Below are positions 30,246 to 38,950 of a DNA stretch of 44,077 nt, in pieces; within the stretch, counting starts at the first letter, position 1, and each line of letters opens with the position of its first letter. The translations under genes were made by a program, and so were the position numbers. Under the pieces are notes generated by a model, which saw nothing but the letters and a program-made list of their open reading frames with translations, did not search any database and was not told the origin of the DNA. The stretch is taken from the UHGV virus genome UHGV-1969024, one strand, 5' to 3'. This stretch comes from a virus.

Positions 30246-30698
30246 ATGAACTTGAAAGAAGTCGTGAAAGGTATGTGCAAATCATATCCGGGTGGCCGCG
30301 AAGCAATGGCTGGCGCCTTGGGTATGACCGTGACGCAGTTCAACAACAACCTCTACGAGAAAAACGGCTGTCGATTTTTTGAAGTATCGGAGCTGGAAGC
30401 GATGGAAGACATTTCCAACACGTCGCTGCTGGCAGACTACTTCGCCCGCCGTCGTGGCGCCCTGCTGGTGGATGTGCCGCACCTGGAAGAACTCGATCGC
30501 GTGGACCTGTTTAGTCGTGCAATGCGTACCTCTGCTGCCAGGGGACAGGTTGATCAGATTATCGAACAGGCGCTTGAAGATGGCGTTATTGAAAGGCATG
30601 AGGCCGAAGAAATCATGGTGCATCACCGCCGCCATCTGGCAGCTCGGGAAGAAGAGATTGCCGCAATTATCACGTTATTTTCACGCAAAAAGAAGTGA
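30246..30698 (+). CDS. CII-like regulatory protein (CP76-type) candidate
   Basis: 150 aa, in the cII position after cro. Assignment rests on position and remembered family resemblance. Confidence 0.4.
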   Translation: MNLKEVVKGMCKSYPGGREAMAGALGMTVTQFNNNLYEKNGCRFFEVSELEAMEDISNTSLLADYFARRRGALLVDVPHLEELDRVDLFSRAMRTSAARGQVDQIIEQALEDGVIERHEAEEIMVHHRRHLAAREEEIAAIITLFSRKKK

Positions 30699-30759
30699 CG
30701 CCAGCGAGTTGCAGCTCCTGGCGTCGTGGCGTGTCGTTATCAGTGGAGATTACTAACGC

Positions 30760-31095
30760 ATGAACAGTCTACCAACACAGTACCGCAGGTCGCAACTTGT
30801 GGCGCGGCCGGTCCCTGGAGGAGAGGGGCCGGTGCAGTTCGTGTATGGGGTAAGAGTACCCGGTGGGATAGAACCTGTCTGCTACCAGTTTGCTCAATGG
30901 GCGGTAGATGACTTTAGAAGTCAGGCGGAAAGCGTATGCGAGAACTTAACCGATGGTTCAGAGATCACTACGGCGTCCCGGTCAGGGTCATACGCTGGGA
31001 GCCCCAAACACAGCGCGTTATATACCTGCGCGAAGGGTATCAGCATGAGTGTTTCAGCCCACTTGAACAGTTCAAACGAAAATTCAGGGAAATAG
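30760..31095 (+). CDS. Hypothetical protein; 3-prime part overlaps the next ORF in another frame
   Basis: 111-aa ORF. The first ~75 aa look protein-like. The rest overlaps 30936..31142. Confidence 0.3.
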   Translation: MNSLPTQYRRSQLVARPVPGGEGPVQFVYGVRVPGGIEPVCYQFAQWAVDDFRSQAESVCENLTDGSEITTASRSGSYAGSPKHSALYTCAKGISMSVSAHLNSSNENSGK

Positions 31096-31142
31096 AGGGG
31101 TCTTATGAGCCTGTTAATGCCATCAAGGCCGATAGTCATTAA
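30936..31142 (+). CDS. Hypothetical small protein (68 aa)
   Basis: MRELNRWFRDHYGVPVRVIRWEPQ... Ends 38 nt inside the O-like gene. Confidence 0.35.
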   Translation: MRELNRWFRDHYGVPVRVIRWEPQTQRVIYLREGYQHECFSPLEQFKRKFREIEGSYEPVNAIKADSH

Positions 31143-32019
31143 TCCCGACCTTGCGTACAGCATTGGCCTGAATGAAGCCATTGCGCTGCAGCAGGTTAAC
31201 TACTGGCTGCAGGAAACTAACTCAGGGCTGGAGCGTGACGGCGTACGCTGGATCTACAACACAACAGAGCAATGGCTGGAACAATTCCCGTTCTGGTCTG
31301 AGTCCACTCTGAAGCGCACCTTCACCCGGCTGAAGAGCCTGGGCGTGCTTAAAGTTGAGCAGCTTAACAAGTCTCAGCGTGACATGACGAACTACTACAC
31401 GATCAACTACGAGAGCGAGCTTTTAGATGAGGTCAAAGTGACCAAATCGAAGAAGTCAAAATGCGCCGTTCCATCAGTTCAAAATGACACGATGGAAGAG
31501 GTCAATGTGAAACGCTCCACTAGGTCAAAACGAACCGCTGTCATCAGGTCAAATTGGCACGATGATCTTACAGAGAATACAACAGAGAGTACTACAGAGA
31601 TTACAGGTAAAGACTCTTGTCCGGTTGCGCTGCAACCAGACCAGACCGATCCGGCTGCACTCGTTCTGGATCATTTTAATCGAGTAACTAATTCGACCTA
31701 TGGCAAGGGGGGACGAACCAAAACGACGCTGGGTTATATCCGGGGACGGCTGGCCGAAGATTACAGCCCTGAAGACCTGATGCTGGTGGTTGACTACCTG
31801 AACGAGAAATGGGCTCAGGATCCGAAGATGAGCGACTACCTGCGGCCCAAAACGCTGTTTGCTCCCGAGAACTGCGTCGAGTATTTCGACAAGGCCAAAA
31901 AATGGGAAGCAGCCGGGCGCCCAGCCTGGACTGGCGGAAAGTGGGTTAAACAAGACACGGCGTTCAAGTCCAGTTATTCCGACGTGGATTATTCAGTGCC
32001 AGCGGGGTTCCGTTCATGA
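31105..32019 (+). CDS. O: Replication initiator O-like (replisome organiser N-domain + conserved phage C-terminal domain)
   Basis: N-terminal DLAYSIGLNEAIALQQVNYW...WIYNTTEQWLEQFPFWSESTLKRTF...LGVLK. Iterons lie within the gene. Confidence 0.8.
   Translation: MSLLMPSRPIVINPDLAYSIGLNEAIALQQVNYWLQETNSGLERDGVRWIYNTTEQWLEQFPFWSESTLKRTFTRLKSLGVLKVEQLNKSQRDMTNYYTINYESELLDEVKVTKSKKSKCAVPSVQNDTMEEVNVKRSTRSKRTAVIRSNWHDDLTENTTESTTEITGKDSCPVALQPDQTDPAALVLDHFNRVTNSTYGKGGRTKTTLGYIRGRLAEDYSPEDLMLVVDYLNEKWAQDPKMSDYLRPKTLFAPENCVEYFDKAKKWEAAGRPAWTGGKWVKQDTAFKSSYSDVDYSVPAGFRS
31428..31560 (+). repeat. ori iterons: about 6 direct repeats of an (A/G)GTCAAA-containing ~18-20-bp unit, followed by an AT-rich stretch
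   Basis: gaggtcaaagtgacc / gaagtcaaaatgcgcc / cagttcaaaatgacac / gaggtcaatgtgaaac / taggtcaaaacgaacc / caggtcaaattggcac. Then gatgatcttacagagaatacaacagag. Confidence 0.65.
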
Positions 32020-32825
32020 GCAAGCCATTTCTGAAATGGGCTGGTGGAAAGTATACCCAGCTGGCTGACCTGTTCGTGCATATCCCGGCAGGGAAACGCC
32101 TGATAGAGCCATTCGTTGGTGGTGGGGCGGTATTCCTGAACAGCGATAAGCACGCAGATTACCTGCTGGCGGACGTTAACCCGGACCTGATTAATCTATA
32201 TCAGATGTTAGCGGTGGTGCCGGATGAAGTGGAATTAAAGGCCCGCTGGAAGTTTGAGCACATGCGGTCATCAGATGGCTATGAGCTGATCCGTTCAGAG
32301 TTCAACGCTCAGACGCTGGATGCTACTGAACGCGCAGCTGCATTCCTGTATCTCAACCGGCATTGCTTCAATGGCTTGATGCGCTACAACCAGGCGAATA
32401 AGTTCAATGTGGGCTGGGGAGGCTACAAGGCCCCGTATTACCCGATGGATGAGATGAAAGCCTTCGCGGCTATGGCGCATAACTGCGTCTTCATGACTGC
32501 TGACTATCGCCGAACTATCAGCCTGGCCGGGAAAGGGGATGTGGTTTACTGCGATCCGCCTTACGAACCGATGCCGGGAACAACCGGATTCACCGCCTAC
32601 GCCGCTGGTGGTTTTAGCTGGGAGAACCAGGTGGACCTGGCGAAGCAATGCGTATCTGCCTTTCACCGTGGGGCTCGGGTAGTAATTTCAAATTCATCTG
32701 CACCGAAGGTTCTCGACCTGTACCGGGAGCATGGTTTTTACCTGGAATTCATCAAAGCGCGCCGTTCGATCTCCTGCAAAAGCAGTACGCGGGAAGTCGC
32801 AAAAGATGTCGTGGCTATCCTGTGA
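32016..32825 (+). CDS. dam: DNA adenine methyltransferase (Dam-like, D12 class)
   Basis: N-terminal FLKWAGGKY...EPFVGGGAV. DPPY motif (VVYCDPPYEP). ATGA overlap with O. Confidence 0.9.
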   Translation: MSKPFLKWAGGKYTQLADLFVHIPAGKRLIEPFVGGGAVFLNSDKHADYLLADVNPDLINLYQMLAVVPDEVELKARWKFEHMRSSDGYELIRSEFNAQTLDATERAAAFLYLNRHCFNGLMRYNQANKFNVGWGGYKAPYYPMDEMKAFAAMAHNCVFMTADYRRTISLAGKGDVVYCDPPYEPMPGTTGFTAYAAGGFSWENQVDLAKQCVSAFHRGARVVISNSSAPKVLDLYREHGFYLEFIKARRSISCKSSTREVAKDVVAIL

Positions 32826-32849
32826 GTTACCTGCTGTGGAGAAAATGAC

Positions 32850-33830
32850 ATGAGAGCATTACTGACTCCTGAAATTGCCCCACGCATGGGCATTGTTCTT
32901 CTTCGCCCTGGCACCGAGCTGATGCCGCTGTTCAGGAGGGGGCGGGTTCTGATTGAGCCGGCACCGGAAAAATACAGTGACTATGCAACCGGCGCCATAC
33001 CTCCCGCTACGCAGCCACTGGCAGAAGACCCGCTTTTGAAGCCAGTATTCGAAAACAATGATGTCATTCTGCGCGCGGGTGGTATTAGCTCGCTGGAGGC
33101 CGAGCTGGAGCGTCGGTTTGAATGCCAGTACCCGCACGGTTCGTGGCACAGCGAAAATTTTACATTGTTCCGTCATGAGCCTGGCAGCATCCGGCTTTGC
33201 TGGGCCTGCGATAACCTGGTGCGTGACCAGTACACAGAGACGCTGGCAGGCATTGCGCGTGAGAACCTGGTATCCTGGCTGATAACGGTCATCCGCGCTC
33301 AGCTGGGGTTCAACGAAGACCATCAACTGACGATACCGGAATTGTGCTGGTGGCTGGTGATAAACAATCTGGCGCACGTCATACCTGAAACGCTGGCGAG
33401 GAAAGCTCTACGGTTGCCGGAAATAAAGCATCAACCGGTGATGAAGGAGAGCGATATTGTGCCGGAGCTAGAGGCGAGCGAAGTGGTGCAGAAAAAGATT
33501 CTCGGTCTTCGCGTAGATCCTGAAACGCCGGAATCTTTCATGCTGCGACCAAAGCGCCGCCGCTGGGTTAACGATAGCTGGACTCGCTGGGTTAAGTCCC
33601 AGCAGTGTGTCTGTTGTAACAAACCAGCAGATGATCCCCACCACCTGATAGGCCACGGACAAGGTGGAATGGGAACGAAAGCGCACGACCTGTTTGTGTT
33701 GCCGCTTTGCAGAGCGCATCACGACGAGTTGCACGCTGACACCGTGGCATTTGAGGAGAAGCACGGCTCACAGCTGGAGCTGCTGTTTCGATTTCTGGAT
33801 CGTTCGCTGGCAATTGGCGTAGTAGCATGA
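32850..33830 (+). CDS. DUF968-like protein with C-terminal Cys/His (HNH-like) cluster
   Basis: CVCCNKPADDPHHLIGHGQGG...CRAHHDELH. Sits in the nin-region position before Q. Confidence 0.55.
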   Translation: MRALLTPEIAPRMGIVLLRPGTELMPLFRRGRVLIEPAPEKYSDYATGAIPPATQPLAEDPLLKPVFENNDVILRAGGISSLEAELERRFECQYPHGSWHSENFTLFRHEPGSIRLCWACDNLVRDQYTETLAGIARENLVSWLITVIRAQLGFNEDHQLTIPELCWWLVINNLAHVIPETLARKALRLPEIKHQPVMKESDIVPELEASEVVQKKILGLRVDPETPESFMLRPKRRRWVNDSWTRWVKSQQCVCCNKPADDPHHLIGHGQGGMGTKAHDLFVLPLCRAHHDELHADTVAFEEKHGSQLELLFRFLDRSLAIGVVA

Positions 33831-34207
33831 AAAGTGGAGAAAACATGCGTGATATTCAAATGGTATTAGAGCGTTGGGGGGCTTGGGCCGCGAGCGATAG
33901 TTCAGGCGTGGATTACTCACCAATCGCTGCTGGTTTCAAAGGGCTTCTTCCTCAAACAAGTAAATCGCGCCTTTCATGCACTGACGACGACGCCCTGATT
34001 ATCGAAGGGTGTTTGGCTCGGCTTCAAAAACGAAAACCCTATGAGCATTCACTATTGGTTGCACATTATTTGTATGGCATCTCGAAGCGGAAGATAGCAA
34101 AGGCACGAAAGAAGGATGAAAAACTGATTCGTATAGAGATACAGATGGCAGAGGGGTTTATAGAGGGTTGTCTAGCTATTCTAAATGTTAGTTTAGATAT
34201 GGATTAA
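33827..34207 (+). CDS. Q: Late antiterminator Q (Q82/QuuD type)
   Basis: MRDIQMVLERWGAWAA...IAAGFKGLLP is the Q82-family signature. Starts at 33827 (ATGA overlap) or 33845. Confidence 0.7.
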   Translation: MKSGENMRDIQMVLERWGAWAASDSSGVDYSPIAAGFKGLLPQTSKSRLSCTDDDALIIEGCLARLQKRKPYEHSLLVAHYLYGISKRKIAKARKKDEKLIRIEIQMAEGFIEGCLAILNVSLDMD

Positions 34208-34250
34208 TATCTGGGTTTGGATAAGCAGGTGTGCTTGCACCTGCTTAATA

Positions 34251-34703
34251 TTATATATGGGGCAATATCCAGTTGATTTTTCTCCAAGTACTTGCAAATG
34301 AAACTATAGATACGATTAGAGTCGAGAAACCATATAAGGTAAGGGTGAAATCAAGTCTTACCGAGGTAATGATGATTTTTTCATTTATAAACATTGCGAT
34401 CAACGGGAAAATACATGCTAATATTAAGGTGACGCCCGTAGATAACAGGTTACGAATAATTTTAGGTAAAATTTTATTTTGTTTTAAAGCAAAAATAATT
34501 CCATCAGTGCTTGAACTTGCAGAACTAAAGATGGAAATGGCGGCCAATACAAACCCAAACAAAATGCCTGCCACCGTAGATAATACTCCGGCTGTACTTA
34601 AGATATCAGAGTGAGCCATAGGTGCTAGGTATTTCCCAAGCACCCAAGCTAACAGCCCACTGATAACTATGTTAATTAAAACTTTAATAAGCATAATCAT
34701 CAT
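34251..34703 (-). CDS. Small 4-TM membrane protein (150 aa), second gene of an antisense AT-rich cassette
   Basis: Four hydrophobic helices. AT-rich. Stop is 15 nt after the upstream gene. Confidence 0.6.
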   Translation of the reverse strand: MMIMLIKVLINIVISGLLAWVLGKYLAPMAHSDILSTAGVLSTVAGILFGFVLAAISIFSSASSSTDGIIFALKQNKILPKIIRNLLSTGVTLILACIFPLIAMFINEKIIITSVRLDFTLTLYGFSTLIVSIVSFASTWRKINWILPHI

Positions 34704-34717
34704 CCATAAAAATAAGA

Positions 34718-35650
34718 TCAGATTTCATATTGCCTTAAATACTGACTATGTTCAATTTTAGCACTGATCAAGGCAGTACGCACATCAGTTTCTTTTGCGT
34801 AGCCATCTTTTGTATTAACGTTTTTTTCACTGATCAGAACTTGATCGAGAAGACTCCTTGAGCGAGTATTTTTAGGTTCGGTAACATTAGCTTTACGTAA
34901 TAAATGAGGAACTTTTTCTAGTAATTCCTTTATTCCGCTTTTTACTTCATCGCTGAGATATCCACGGACTAATTTACGTTGCGATGCTCTACCTCTGAGC
35001 GATAGTTTTAAATGTGAACCGCCCATCCCAGCCATCATTTCAATCATACTCTTGGAAAATGAATTCGAAAGGTCATAATCCGTTGCGCTAAAATTACGCG
35101 GAGCGGCGAGTGTAATTTCACAGCTACGTAAAGTGCTTCCTGTTTCAAGTAGTTCTTTTACGCTTTCTTTTTTCCAAATTGCCTCAAACGCTACAGGTTT
35201 GTTTACTTCAGAAAAATTGAATAAAAGAAATGCTAAATCGGAATCTTTAGGCCCTAAATGATTTTGAGATAAAACAAGAATATCTTTCTTATAGTAGTAA
35301 ATAAAATAAGTGCGTTCGACTATATATTTTTTATCATCTAATGGAATATTGTGTTCGTCCCAATTTTCATCACCAATATAAGGTAAGTGGAAACCATCAC
35401 GAGAGCATGATAGATAACCAAAATAGAACTCTGCCTGTGAGTCTTTTTCTAAGAATACAATCTTTAATTTTTTCTTATTGAACTCAGCTGTATAAGAGTT
35501 TTGCGAAGGTGTAACAACGGTTGTATACATTTTGTCAAATGCAAGTTGTGCATTTGATGTAGTTGACTTCGTTCCTGAAGAGCTTTGGAAGAAACCGATA
35601 CGCATCTTTTTTTGTTTGGTTAGTGGCGCGGAGGTGGCTGTAGTAGTCAT
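34718..35650 (-). CDS. Hypothetical protein (310 aa), first gene of the antisense AT-rich cassette
   Basis: Long ORF with an AT-rich, Lys/Asn/Tyr-rich composition. No recognised domain. Confidence 0.55.
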   Translation of the reverse strand: MTTTATSAPLTKQKKMRIGFFQSSSGTKSTTSNAQLAFDKMYTTVVTPSQNSYTAEFNKKKLKIVFLEKDSQAEFYFGYLSCSRDGFHLPYIGDENWDEHNIPLDDKKYIVERTYFIYYYKKDILVLSQNHLGPKDSDLAFLLFNFSEVNKPVAFEAIWKKESVKELLETGSTLRSCEITLAAPRNFSATDYDLSNSFSKSMIEMMAGMGGSHLKLSLRGRASQRKLVRGYLSDEVKSGIKELLEKVPHLLRKANVTEPKNTRSRSLLDQVLISEKNVNTKDGYAKETDVRTALISAKIEHSQYLRQYEI

Positions 35651-36120
35651 TAAAAGTACCCTTTATTATCCTTTTGAATCAATGTGTTGTGATTCATGAA
35701 TGATCCTAGGTTCGTTGCATATGCGTAATCTATCAAAAAAAACTTACGCGGTCCGCATTTTCTCGTTTACTGTGTTAAGAGTGGTCACTTCGACACACAG
35801 CTTAATCATCAGAACCTCGTCAAACTGCGGGACTGTTGCATCTCAGGCCTAGGCTTGAGCCTCCAGAACTCATTTGTCACCTGAGCCTGAGACTTATACT
35901 ATCTCTTTCCAGGAACCCGTTAAGCCGGATGTGGATACATTGAAAGGGTCCAGGTTCCACAATAGCCAGCTTGAGCTATTAGAGTTGCGCGCAAGTAGTT
36001 TGGTGATATGCCGCTAGGTAACCTTGCTGCGTTCTGTGGTTAAGGCTGGGAGGTTTTTTAGCATCGGCAGTTATGTTTCTGACATTGACGCTTCAAATGT
36101 TTGGATCATAAATTATCGAT

Positions 36121-36235
36121 GTGGTGAATCCCCCTATGCGGAGGGGCGGCCAGTCAGTTACAGAAACCTGTAAATGCAGCGCGGGCCATGCCGGCTGGGG
36201 CATGCTCACCGGGAGGCACCCGGCACCACACTGCC
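36121..36235 (+). other. GC-rich structured block (possible ncRNA or Q-utilisation related element)
   Basis: Enclosed by GTGGTG...CACCAC. Internal hairpins ccccctatgcggagggg, atgcc-ggctgg-ggcat and ccggg-aggca-cccgg. GC is far above the flanks. Confidence 0.3.
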
Positions 36236-36391
36236 ACTAAACATATTTAAGATTTATGGCAGGTTTACTTTTGCGGTTGCCCTTCTATGTTTATAGAACG
36301 TAACGGCAAAAGTGAATGCTTCTTGGTAAATCGGTAGCTCGGACTATTAGGAGTGCCTTCGTTTCGTTACTACCTAGAATGCCTACTTTCT

Positions 36392-36416
36392 GCCCGCCTT
36401 CAGGCGGGCTTTTTTA
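36392..36416 (+). terminator. Strong rho-independent terminator (candidate tR-prime of the late operon)
   Basis: gcccgccttcaggcgggc plus T6. About 180 nt upstream of the holin. A weak sigma70-like promoter (TTTACT-16-TATGTT) lies ~100 nt upstream. Confidence 0.6.
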
Positions 36417-36593
36417 CGCCATCAATAGGGCGCTTCAGAAAGAAAAGGTAAACATCATTTGAAGGCTGCGCTTTGCGTGGCCTTTCTTATTTCAGGCTCA
36501 CGGGAATCATCATCGATACGGCTCGTTGTTAAATCAGCCCGATGAGCCTGACCCCTACACGCACAAAGCACCCCGTTAACCCGGAGGTGGAGT

Positions 36594-36809
36594 ATGTATC
36601 GAATGGACAAGCTAACAACAGGTATTGCCTACGGAACGTCCGCAGGTAACGCGGGGTTCTGGATGTTGCAATTGCTCGACAAAGTATCCCCATCTCAGTG
36701 GGCCGCGATCGGTGTTCTGGGAAGTCTGGTATTTGGCTTGCTGACATACCTGACGAATCTGTATTTCAAAATTAAAGAAGACCGGCGAAAAGCTGTGCGA
36801 GGTGAATAA
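36594..36809 (+). CDS. S: Pinholin (S21-like) with dual-start antiholin/holin motif
   Basis: [71 protein letters not shown] is near-identical in pattern to phage 21 S21 (71 aa). MYRM gives Met1/Met4 dual starts. RBS ggaggtgga. Confidence 0.85.
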   Translation: MYRMDKLTTGIAYGTSAGNAGFWMLQLLDKVSPSQWAAIGVLGSLVFGLLTYLTNLYFKIKEDRRKAVRGE

Positions 36810-37306
36810 TGTCTCCGACACTACGTAAAAGTGTTCTTGCGGCAGTCGGCGGCGGGGCCCTGGCGATTGCCTCTGCACTCATCACTGGCCCTATGGGTAA
36901 TGATGGGCTTGAGGGAGTGCGATACGACCCTTATCAGGATGTGGTAGGTGTCTGGACGGTTTGTTACGGCCACACAGGTAAAGACATCATGCTCGGCAAA
37001 ACCTATACCGAGGCAGAGTGTCGGGCGCTACTAAATAAAGACCTGAATACCGTCGCCAGGCAGATCAACCCTTACATCAAAAAACCGATCCCAGAAACAA
37101 TGCGTGGGGCTCTGTACTCATTCGCCTATAACGTCGGAGCCGGGAACTTCCAGACCTCTACTCTGCTTCGCAAAATCAACCAGGGTGACCAGAAAGGTGC
37201 GTGTGATCAGCTGCGCCGCTGGACCTATGCCAAAGGTAAGCAGTGGAAAGGACTTATTACCCGGAGGGAAATTGAGCGTGAAGTGTGTTTATGGGAGCAA
37301 AGATGA
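36809..37306 (+). CDS. R: SAR endolysin (T4-lysozyme-like, GH24) R21-type
   Basis: N-terminal SAR domain [18 protein letters not shown]. Catalytic E/D/T ([24 protein letters not shown]). ATGA overlap with the holin. Confidence 0.9.
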   Translation: MSPTLRKSVLAAVGGGALAIASALITGPMGNDGLEGVRYDPYQDVVGVWTVCYGHTGKDIMLGKTYTEAECRALLNKDLNTVARQINPYIKKPIPETMRGALYSFAYNVGAGNFQTSTLLRKINQGDQKGACDQLRRWTYAKGKQWKGLITRREIEREVCLWEQR

Positions 37307-37653
37307 GTCGCTTAACCGCCGTTATCATCGCAATAGCAATCCTGCTAATGTCCTGTGCCATTTCATGGCGTATGGGATGGAGTTCCCACGCTGATCACAT
37401 CAATGCTCAGGCTGCGAAGAAGAGAGAGAAGGCCGAGAATGCCATTAAGCCTGTAGAGGAAAAGGCCGCTACTGCTAACGAAGCGGGTAAGGTCATCTAC
37501 AAAACAATAACCCGCGACGTGGTGAAATATGTTCAGTCTCCGAATCGTACTGTGTGTAGGTTTGATGATGCTGCTGTGCAGTTGCGTCAGCGCGCCATCG
37601 ATGCTGCCAACTCCATCCCCGGATTTGATGAGTCCGCCGTGCAAAGCAAGTGA
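37303..37653 (+). CDS. Rz: i-spanin Rz
   Basis: [15 protein letters not shown] is an N-terminal TM helix. Coiled-coil body. ATGA overlap with the endolysin. Confidence 0.8.
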   Translation: MSRLTAVIIAIAILLMSCAISWRMGWSSHADHINAQAAKKREKAENAIKPVEEKAATANEAGKVIYKTITRDVVKYVQSPNRTVCRFDDAAVQLRQRAIDAANSIPGFDESAVQSK

Positions 37654-37771
37654 CGCAGGGAATGACAGCGATGAAGATTTACAGTCTGATGTAGAAACCG
37701 CTCAATGCCTGCGCCAGCTCCGTTTGGATAAGTATCGCTGGCAGGCGTACTATCGGGCGGTGAGTAAGTAA
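37529..37771 (+). CDS. Rz1: o-spanin Rz1 (lipoprotein), embedded in the +1 frame of Rz and extending past it
   Basis: Signal peptide with a lipobox-like LLCSC. Pro-rich mature part [12 protein letters not shown]. Start may be the internal MMLLCSC at about 37565. Confidence 0.7.
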   Translation: MFSLRIVLCVGLMMLLCSCVSAPSMLPTPSPDLMSPPCKASDAGNDSDEDLQSDVETAQCLRQLRLDKYRWQAYYRAVSK

Positions 37772-38407
37772 CAGGCATAGCACATGAAATAAGTGGCCTT
37801 AAGTGAACAAAAAATCTGAAAACAAGACATTCAAGCTTTCAGCATCGAAATGTTTGTATCTAATTCAGGGAGTGTCATGCACTATAGGATCTCAAACCAC
37901 TCTTAACTAAGTAGCCACTCATGACAGTAAACTTACTACCACAACTACCATGCGGTTATCGTTACGGCATTGAGCGCTCGATCCGGCCCCAGACTGGTGC
38001 GGAATTTTTTCCGCCACAAGGGTGTGTTATCAAATCTGTTAACTTTGGGGATGGTGTGGTTATTTGTGTGCCCATCCAATGGTACATTAAACAATTAGAT
38101 TTATGGATCACTGTCTAAGGAACCATCGAATAATATGTTAGTTACCAGCCTCGTTAGGGCGAACTGATAATTGCTCTCAAAAGACCAGCATAGAAGCCTG
38201 TTGCTCTGGTTGAATGTTCCGGCAAGTTGAAAATGATTGGTTCAATGAGCTCTTTCGATATTTAAATGCTATCGATAACTTAAATGAAGCTATCATCACG
38301 TTATCACTGCCAGCCAACACCGAAACGGCAGTGGTCAGTTAAAAAGCAGAAAAGCCTCTCTTGGGTGGCTCCTGAGAGATTTTAGTTTTCTAACTGGTAC
38401 TAACCAA

Positions 38408-38437
38408 AGGTCGCATATCTATGCGGCCTTTTTTTTA
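38408..38437 (+). terminator. Rho-independent terminator
   Basis: aggtcgcatatctatgcggcct followed by T8. Confidence 0.55.
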
Positions 38438-38544
38438 GCCGGTTTCATGGCTTGAGGACATCCTGGACGAGAATATGTGACAAAACCAATCAGGGGAAAC
38501 AGGAATGCCCTGTAAGCGGATTCACGAATCAATGAGAACGTCTA

Positions 38545-38584
38545 TCCCCAGAAAGGGATAAGATGCCATTTATCCCTTTCTGGG
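38545..38584. repeat. Perfect 15-bp-stem hairpin
   Basis: ccccagaaagggata-agatgccatt-tatccctttctgggg. Confidence 0.55.
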
Positions 38585-38598
38585 GGTAAAAACCGTAT

Positions 38599-38623
38599 GG
38601 CCTCGCATCTGCGGGGCTTTTTT
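38599..38623 (+). terminator. Rho-independent terminator
   Basis: gcctcgcatctgcggggc plus T6. Overlaps the first ATG of the track ORF, so the downstream CDS start is moved to 38642. Confidence 0.5.
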
Positions 38624-38641
38624 ATTCGCAAAGGTAAGACG

Positions 38642-38950
38642 ATGAAGAGCCTAAAAATTGAATACGTAGACGGGAAGCTGGTGGCCCTCGAACGGGATGG
38701 TAAATCCTACATGGATTTGCCGGTAAGCGCGGTTCACTTCACACACAGTATGAAAACTAACCCGTATCTCAAGGTAGAGATTGAGGCTGGTGGTGAGCCA
38801 TATGTCCCGGCAGAACCGGTGCAGCCACCAGCGGCCGCCGAAAAAACGGTGACAGTGAAGGAAGGAGAGCTTATGCCTCCTGATGATAGTGCCCCCAGGG
38901 CAGAACGCCGTTCCCGTCATCGCAACCGTAACCGTAACAGGAGCCAGTAA
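38642..38950 (+). CDS. Hypothetical protein with Pro-rich middle and RSRHRNRNRNRS tail
   Basis: Start MKSLKIEYVDG after RBS aaaggtaagacg. ATGTAA-type junction to the next gene. Confidence 0.45.
   Translation: MKSLKIEYVDGKLVALERDGKSYMDLPVSAVHFTHSMKTNPYLKVEIEAGGEPYVPAEPVQPPAAAEKTVTVKEGELMPPDDSAPRAERRSRHRNRNRNRSQ

Noticed and set aside
34223-34246. Hairpin aagcaggtg-tgcttg-cacctgctt right after the Q stop, considered as the late promoter/terminator
   Set aside because: It is not followed by a T run on either strand. It may be a weak bidirectional structure between Q and the convergent membrane-protein gene. The tR-prime call goes to the stronger element at 36392..36416.
36529-36878. Minus-strand ORFs (72 and 88 aa) antisense to the pinholin gene
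   Set aside because: Fully antisense to a strongly supported S21-like holin. Spurious.
37921-38118. 65-aa ORF in the AT-rich tract after Rz1
   Set aside because: No RBS, Cys/Trp-rich odd composition, and embedded in a hairpin- and terminator-rich non-coding region.
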